In this document: positions 58,167-64,000 of the stretch, in pieces | How the letters are laid out: every line of letters begins with the position of its first letter | Position numbering within the stretch: position 1 is the first letter of the stretch | Source of the DNA: Candidatus Hermodarchaeota archaeon | Lineage (GTDB): Archaea; Asgardarchaeota; Hermodarchaeia; Hermodarchaeales; Hermodarchaeaceae | Length of the DNA stretch: 64,000 nucleotides | Assembly: GCA_016840065.1 (NCBI GenBank) | Contig: JAEOTB010000037.1 | Location: 67,886 to 131,885, forward strand | Direction: 5' to 3' | Notes under the pieces: generated by a model | The model's input: the letters and a program-made list of their open reading frames with translations, nothing else | Databases searched by the model: none | What the model was told of the DNA's origin: nothing | Translations under genes and position numbers: made by a program

Positions 58167-58243
58167 GGGACCGTGGTCTAGCTTGGTAGGATACTTGCTT
58201 GGGGTGCAAGTGATCCCGGATTCAAGTTCCGGCGGTCCCACCA
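58167..58243 (+). tRNA. tRNA-Pro(GGG), no intron
   Basis: GGGACCG/CGGUCCC acceptor, UU-GGG-GU loop, CCA. Confidence 0.93.
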
Positions 58244-58275
58244 CACCCCTCTTATAATCTTTTTTTGTGAGGGTT

Positions 58276-59337
58276 CTAAGGGATTTGCCACCAAGGTTGA
58301 AGTGCATCTCTTGTTACAGAAAGTAGCTTGTCGACATATTTTGGTATTCGAGGGTCTTCTTCTGGTGGCTTTTCTTGGATTACCTCGCCCTTGCCGCTCA
58401 TTGGGATTAGTGTGTTGTAAACCGATTCGGATAATGCTTTCAAATCATATCCTCCTTCGAGGAGCATGATGACATTTCCATTACATATTTGATATGAGGT
58501 TTCCATGATTAACTGGGAAATCTCGAGATATGCAGTTGTACTCAAGTTGAGTCCTGTTAGATAGTCACGAAAATGAGCATCGTATCCTGCTGAGACGAGA
58601 ATTGCAGTGGGTTGAAACTGCTTCACGAGGGGAGGGAATAGGGTGTTTAATGCCCTTAAGAAGGAAGTGTCAGCGGTACCAGGAGGAAGTGGGCAGTTGA
58701 TATTATAACCTCTGCCTTGTCCTTCACCTAGTTCCTGAGTAAACCCTGAATAGCCAGGGTATAGCGTACGGCCGTCTTGGTGAAGCCCAAGATAGAGCGT
58801 CTTCGGGTCATCATAAAGGATTTCCTGAGTGCCATTGCCGTGGTGCGCGTCGATGTCTAGGATAAGAACGCGGCTATCAGGCATTGTTGTTGTTATATGC
58901 CGTGCTACAACAGCGACGTTACTGAAAAGACAAAACCCACGGGCTTGAGTAGCACTAGCGTGATGCCCAGGGGGACGAACAAGAGCAAAAGCATTGGAGA
59001 TTTCACCGTTGACGATGTCTTCCCAAGCCTTGATTCCTGCACCTACTGCAAGGAGCGCAGCGTTGAAGGACCCCTTAGAGGCACGTGTATCAGCGTCAAA
59101 GCGGCTTTCCCTATCCGATGCGGTTCGTATAAACTCGATATAGTCTTTAGGATGGATACGCTCCAACTCCTGAACGGTAGCTACACGCGGTTCTACAAGT
59201 CGAAAGTGCCCCCCATCAAAGATATCTAAGCCTTGTAAGAAGTTCATAACAGCTGATAGCCTTTCAGGAGACTCGGGGTGTCCCCGACCCATATCATGTT
59301 TCAGGAACGCTTTGCTATAGAAGAAACCAGTAGTCAC
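58276..59337 (-). CDS. Histone deacetylase-family (Zn-dependent) amidohydrolase
   Basis: HPESPERL, RPPGHHA, DIDAHHGNGT, SAGYDAH, LEGGY. Confidence 0.95.
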   Translation of the reverse strand: MTTGFFYSKAFLKHDMGRGHPESPERLSAVMNFLQGLDIFDGGHFRLVEPRVATVQELERIHPKDYIEFIRTASDRESRFDADTRASKGSFNAALLAVGAGIKAWEDIVNGEISNAFALVRPPGHHASATQARGFCLFSNVAVVARHITTTMPDSRVLILDIDAHHGNGTQEILYDDPKTLYLGLHQDGRTLYPGYSGFTQELGEGQGRGYNINCPLPPGTADTSFLRALNTLFPPLVKQFQPTAILVSAGYDAHFRDYLTGLNLSTTAYLEISQLIMETSYQICNGNVIMLLEGGYDLKALSESVYNTLIPMSGKGEVIQEKPPEEDPRIPKYVDKLLSVTRDALQPWWQIP

Positions 59338-59370
59338 AGTGCTCGCCTTGCTTTATTTACACGCGTTATT

Positions 59371-62300
59371 CTAGGAAAGACGTGTTTGCCTTGTTGTTGA
59401 GCTGGAGGATTGCTTTAATGCTTGCTCATCTGCTGGTGCAATCTTACCCCCGCACTGAATCTTAATGGAACGAGCTATTTCGGGACCTATTGTGGGCACA
59501 GCAGCAAGTTGGGAGAGAGGCGAGTCTCTTATTCTTTCTTTGTTCACATAGCCATTGCGGTAGAGAAGACGACCACGAACACGCCCAATCCCTTTCAACT
59601 GAACCAGCGCAGCTAATTCCCTTTTCACCCCGTATTTCACTCGAAGTTCTAGTTGTTCTAAATCCGCCAGGAGTGATTTGTACTTGAAGACTTGAGCTAG
59701 CTCTCGACAAGCATAGAGAAGCCATACTTGAGTGTCAACAAGTCGTCTTAGGTCACCAGAACCTATGTTGAATTGACTTGTGAGTTGATCTTCAGATAGC
59801 TCTTCAATCCAGCCTTTAGAAAGAAGTGCCGTCTTAACTTCTGCGAGGAAAAATTCGTATTCAGACCGATTATATCGAGGGTTAGGTAAAGGCACCAAGA
59901 ACTCCTCGATATGTTCTCCTACGTAATCGTGGATACGCTCTTCTTCACCTTTGCGGAGATACATGCTAAACTGATCAGGTGTATGGCAAATCAGATGCAA
60001 ATAGGAAAAGTGAGTTACTTCAGTTGCAGCTCGTGAGGCAGTTATCAAACCATCTCGAATTATTACAGCAGACTTTGGATCGATGTAAAGTTGAGAGACC
60101 CTTCGCCCAAAGGGCGTCGCAATCAACTGGTTGCCCCTGCGACTTAGAAGTTCTTCATCCTGTAGAAACCTAACGATTAGATCAACCATATATGCGACTT
60201 CTTCAGGGTCCCTTTGGTGACCGAAGAAGGTTTTCCGAATGAAATCCATGATACCTTCCTTACTTGAGGCATACTCCAAAGCAATAGTTGAGAGAATATG
60301 ACTGCGCAGAGCAGATTCGCTAGCGAGCTTTGAAACAATATTTTCCGCATCCCCAAGCACATAATTATCCATAAGGAACGCTATTTCATCTTGTCTTCTA
60401 GCGATGAGAATAGAAGTTCCCGTTTTATCGTATTTAGGGCGCCCAGCCCGACCCGCCATCTGTTTATACTCTAAAATCGGAATTGGTTGATAACCTTCCG
60501 TTCTATCGAACCGACGATACTCATTGATAATAACCACCCTTGCAGGCATGTTAATCCCGGCCGAATTGTGAACAATGAACCCATTAGCTACAAACATATG
60601 ATTATTTTCAGGCGAATTTGGGAGAATTACATCGTACACAGTGGGACACGGGGACACCCACTTTAAATCACGAATATCATCCCAGAAGATATCACCATCA
60701 ACATCTTTTGAACGCCAAGTTCCTCTCAATACACGTTTAAATTTTGCTTGACATATAGGACATTTTTCTAAGACGAAGAATTTCTCAAAGTTCTTTCCAT
60801 CTACAAGAAAATTAGTGAAAATCCATCTGCCAATGGGATTAAGGCTCCAAAGCCATTCGGTGCCGCTTCTACGCCCAACTCTTCTTCTTGTGATCAATTC
60901 ATAATGATGATTTAATCGAATCTCATTCTTCCTAGGAGCTTCCCCTAGAACCCTAGTAATTTCTCTAGACCCTAGCTCACCTCTCTCACCCAAGAGGTGA
61001 ACTACAGACTGTTTTACTTCACCCCAATCTTTTTGGTGTTTAGTACGTCCTGAAAATATCGAGCGGTATATTCGATAATTGCACTTGGGGCAAGAAACAT
61101 ACAAGACATTCGAAGTTATCTTAGATATCAATAATGCGAGATCGTGTTGTTTTCCAGCTAGCTTGAAGCCTAGATGTCTCGCAAAGTTAAGTAGACTCTG
61201 GTTTTGGGCGATTGTTAATTCGAAAAATGGTTTCTTTCGGCATTTTCTTCCGTAGATTGTTTGTATTTTCGCTTTCCTCTTTCTAATCCTACTTACAATT
61301 CTGAACCTCAAGAGTAACCGTTGAACTTGCCTGACAAGTTTCTCAGAGACGCTGCCAAACCCGATTTCCTTTTTCTTCTCTACATACCCATCTGTATCAA
61401 AAAGCCCACGCAAGAGTTGAATAGTGCACTCTACATCCATTTCCAAAAGCGCATCAGAAATGTGTTTTTTTTCTCCCTTCTCCACCCCACATCGAACGAG
61501 AAACTCTCTGAACCACTTGTTCTTCCCTAGAATCAACTCGGGAGTACCATACGAGTTTATTGAGCGTCTGCTACTCACACCTAACTGTAAACAGACCTTC
61601 TCAACAGATTCAAAGACATCTTCCTGTGTATTGACAATTGATGGCGAGCCTTTATACCGAATCGCTTCGCCTTCTGTTTCTGCACCAGAATGACCGTCAC
61701 CAATCATCAAACCTATGAAATAGGAAATCTCTGGCGTGATTATTTCCTGAGCAACCTCGGTTTTATTTTCCAAGACGAACTCTCCAACACGCAAAGAGCG
61801 GCTGTTAGTGATAGAAAGTTTTCCAGCAGTTGCTATCCTATCTGTTTTCATAATTCCTAATGCAGGAAGAATTAATGACTTTCCACCACGTTTTACCAGC
61901 ATTCTATGATTGGGAGTGACTCGAATCGAATATCCTGAAACAGATGTAATCTCAATAAGTGGTGAATAATTATCCCGTCTATGCACATCTATCGGGTTCA
62001 TCTGAAACAATTTATTATGAGACAAGGCAAAGAGTGGTTTCGATGAGTTGTACTCACTTACTGCGGTTTCAAAGCCACCATGCCAAATCTCGGTTTCTGG
62101 TGAAAGACATAGCGTTGGAGTGCAGCAAACTGCCTTGATGAGCGTCTGACGGAACGCGTCCTCTATGAGTTTTCTTTCTGCATGACGAAGACCTGCATGA
62201 TGGAAAGCGACACCTGTACTAACAAGTTTGGCCAGTCTATCAGTCACTTGGGTGACTTCACCTGATTGGAGAATTCGCTTGGCGATATCATCTAGTTCGT

Positions 62301-63138
62301 TCCGCTCGCTTCTTGATAAAAGGCGTGAGGTTATTGAGCTTAGGCGCTTAGCGGTGTTCATTGCAGACCGCCTCGTATTAAGGAAAATTAGAGGCTGCCC
62401 TTGGTCACGGAGTACCTGACGCGTGATGTCCCCAATTGGAAATGTTGAGGCTGGCGTATATCTTTCTTCATCGCCATCAGCGAATCTCACCTTACCCTCA
62501 TGGTAAACTCCTTCTCGTAGTGTCACTGGACGCCACTCACTTGTAATCGCCTTCCCTCCAAGCCAGTTGGCAAGTTCTTCCGCGTTACCCACCGTTGCGC
62601 TGAGTGCAAGAATTTGAGCCTTAGGTGCAACTTGCTTCAATCTGACGAGAACAACCTCCAAAGTTGGTCCACGGCCCAGATCGTTAATTAGATGGACCTC
62701 GTCAGCGATCACAATTCCAATTTGTGATAACCAGTTAGTTTGGTGGCGAAGTAAAGAGTCCGCCCGTTCATTTGTACAAACAAGAAGATCGTATGCGCCT
62801 AGTTTTTCATCAGCAGAATCGTAATCTCCCGTGGTTATTCCAACCTTAATTCCCAGTTCCTCAAACAGGAGGAAATCGTCGTATTTCTCAGAGGCTAAAG
62901 CACGAAGGGGAGTCAAATAGATTGCCTTGAGACCTTGTTCCAGTATAGTTTTGAGCATGCAGAGTTCCGCAATGAGTGTTTTTCCCGACGCAGTAGGTAT
63001 CGCTAAAACCATATGTGTTCCTTCTAGAACTCCTGCTTGGACCGCCTTTCGTTGTGGAGGGAAGAGTGTCTTTATGCCTCTTTTCTCGATGAACGCTTTC
63101 GCCTTATCTGGTAGAGGCAGCTCGCTTACGTATTCTAT
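59371..63138 (-). CDS. hel308: Hel308/Hjm (Ski2-like) helicase containing an intein; frame extends upstream of the ORF call to a probable ATA start at 63138
   Basis: Q-motif LFPPQ, PTASGKT, DEVH, LSAT, AFHHAGL, QMAGRAGRP, C-terminal HhH. Confidence 0.94.
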   Translation of the reverse strand: MEYVSELPLPDKAKAFIEKRGIKTLFPPQRKAVQAGVLEGTHMVLAIPTASGKTLIAELCMLKTILEQGLKAIYLTPLRALASEKYDDFLLFEELGIKVGITTGDYDSADEKLGAYDLLVCTNERADSLLRHQTNWLSQIGIVIADEVHLINDLGRGPTLEVVLVRLKQVAPKAQILALSATVGNAEELANWLGGKAITSEWRPVTLREGVYHEGKVRFADGDEERYTPASTFPIGDITRQVLRDQGQPLIFLNTRRSAMNTAKRLSSITSRLLSRSERNELDDIAKRILQSGEVTQVTDRLAKLVSTGVAFHHAGLRHAERKLIEDAFRQTLIKAVCCTPTLCLSPETEIWHGGFETAVSEYNSSKPLFALSHNKLFQMNPIDVHRRDNYSPLIEITSVSGYSIRVTPNHRMLVKRGGKSLILPALGIMKTDRIATAGKLSITNSRSLRVGEFVLENKTEVAQEIITPEISYFIGLMIGDGHSGAETEGEAIRYKGSPSIVNTQEDVFESVEKVCLQLGVSSRRSINSYGTPELILGKNKWFREFLVRCGVEKGEKKHISDALLEMDVECTIQLLRGLFDTDGYVEKKKEIGFGSVSEKLVRQVQRLLLRFRIVSRIRKRKAKIQTIYGRKCRKKPFFELTIAQNQSLLNFARHLGFKLAGKQHDLALLISKITSNVLYVSCPKCNYRIYRSIFSGRTKHQKDWGEVKQSVVHLLGERGELGSREITRVLGEAPRKNEIRLNHHYELITRRRVGRRSGTEWLWSLNPIGRWIFTNFLVDGKNFEKFFVLEKCPICQAKFKRVLRGTWRSKDVDGDIFWDDIRDLKWVSPCPTVYDVILPNSPENNHMFVANGFIVHNSAGINMPARVVIINEYRRFDRTEGYQPIPILEYKQMAGRAGRPKYDKTGTSILIARRQDEIAFLMDNYVLGDAENIVSKLASESALRSHILSTIALEYASSKEGIMDFIRKTFFGHQRDPEEVAYMVDLIVRFLQDEELLSRRGNQLIATPFGRRVSQLYIDPKSAVIIRDGLITASRAATEVTHFSYLHLICHTPDQFSMYLRKGEEERIHDYVGEHIEEFLVPLPNPRYNRSEYEFFLAEVKTALLSKGWIEELSEDQLTSQFNIGSGDLRRLVDTQVWLLYACRELAQVFKYKSLLADLEQLELRVKYGVKRELAALVQLKGIGRVRGRLLYRNGYVNKERIRDSPLSQLAAVPTIGPEIARSIKIQCGGKIAPADEQALKQSSSSTTRQTRLS
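60565..62109 (-). mobile_element. Intein (515 aa) with LAGLIDADG homing endonuclease in Hel308 motif V
   Basis: TPTL|CLSPET...VTPNHRM...GLMIGDG...RGLFDTDG...VYDV...FVANGFIVHN|SAGINMPA. Confidence 0.95.
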
Positions 63139-63157
63139 GGCTAGTTCTCACCTACTA

Positions 63158-64000
63158 CTAGCTGCTCTTGACATACTTGAGCATTCCAGGCCTCGGCTCG
63201 AAGATGAGACCCTCCTTGTCTCGAAGCTGGATTACTGCACGCTGAAGAAATTCGCGAGAAATCCCCTCAAGTTCGGCTCGCTGCTCTAACTTCTCCAAGG
63301 GCACCGCGCCACCAATCTCCTCCTGTAACTCACGAATCATCTTAAGAATAGACTGGATTTTATCGCTTTGAGATTTAGGTCGACCAACCACAATAGAATC
63401 AATGTCGAACTGACCAGTTTCAGGGTCTACGCCCACTTGTCTAAGTGAGATGTGAACCAGTCTAATAGCCGACTGTGCATCATCAGCTAACACCTTTTCA
63501 CGCAGCGCCATCTTAGCATGAGCCTCAGCCAAACGAATGAGAGACTCCAATTGCCGGGCAGTGATTGGGACGGGAGCATTCTCCCGCTCACCCATCTTAC
63601 GCATCTGAAGATAGAAGTCCTTCAGAACCTTCAGAGCATCCTCAGTAAGAAGCGGCTTGACCTCTCGCCGAGCGTGAGCGATATACTTACGAAGAATATC
63701 CATTGAAATTGGAGGCTCCTTCGGAATATCGCGACGCCTGTGAAGCTCGATAATATGCGACGCCATCCGCTCATCCCGCTCAGACTCCGGTTGATCCGTC
63801 AACGTAAAAATAAGATCAAACCGCGACAACAATGGAACAGGTAAATTCACATTCTCATTAAACGGTCGCTCAACAACATAACGACCCAACACAGGATTTG
63901 CTGCAGCCAAAATCGCAGTACGCGCATTCAACGTTGCAACAATACCAGCCTTGGCTATACTAACAGAGTGTTGTTCCATGACTTCGTGTATTGCTGTCCG
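63158..64000 (-). CDS. mcm: MCM replicative helicase, C-terminal part (5'-truncated)
   Basis: IHEVMEQ, SIAKAGI, AAANP, LLSRFDLIF, ITARQLESLIRL. Confidence 0.96.
   Translation of the reverse strand, partial: RTAIHEVMEQHSVSIAKAGIVATLNARTAILAAANPVLGRYVVERPFNENVNLPVPLLSRFDLIFTLTDQPESERDERMASHIIELHRRRDIPKEPPISMDILRKYIAHARREVKPLLTEDALKVLKDFYLQMRKMGERENAPVPITARQLESLIRLAEAHAKMALREKVLADDAQSAIRLVHISLRQVGVDPETGQFDIDSIVVGRPKSQSDKIQSILKMIRELQEEIGGAVPLEKLEQRAELEGISREFLQRAVIQLRDKEGLIFEPRPGMLKYVKSS

Overview
Archaeal chromosomal window. The fused rpoB, split rpoA'/A'', TFE, PAN and MCM point to a TACK/Asgard-type organism (inference). It holds a purine operon, the rpoB-rpoA'-rpoA''-rpl30e-nusA-rps12-rps7 / tuf-rps10 cluster, 11 tRNAs, 5S rRNA, SRP RNA and many information-processing genes. 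The main discovery is a set of tiny bulge-helix-bulge (BHB) introns that extends beyond tRNAs. Two interrupt the EF-1alpha gene (29 and 31 nt), one interrupts dnaG (31 nt) and one sits in the Alu domain of the SRP RNA (31 nt). Eleven more lie in 8 tRNAs, 9 of them at non-canonical positions. In each case, cutting at the predicted BHB positions restores the reading frame or RNA fold. One EF-1alpha intron and the dnaG intron share both ends and the same GCCTAC target, which suggests a mobile micro-intron family. A ~13.7-kb island bounded by a 14-bp direct repeat sits between rps7 and tuf. It encodes a 2796-aa Ig-repeat membrane protein, an OLD-type ATPase-TOPRIM protein and an HD/HSP90-ATPase protein. 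Other observations are an unassigned ~320-nt structured RNA, probable ATA start codons, and a Hel308 intein with an extra CxxC-bracketed insert. All folds and splice sites were derived by eye.
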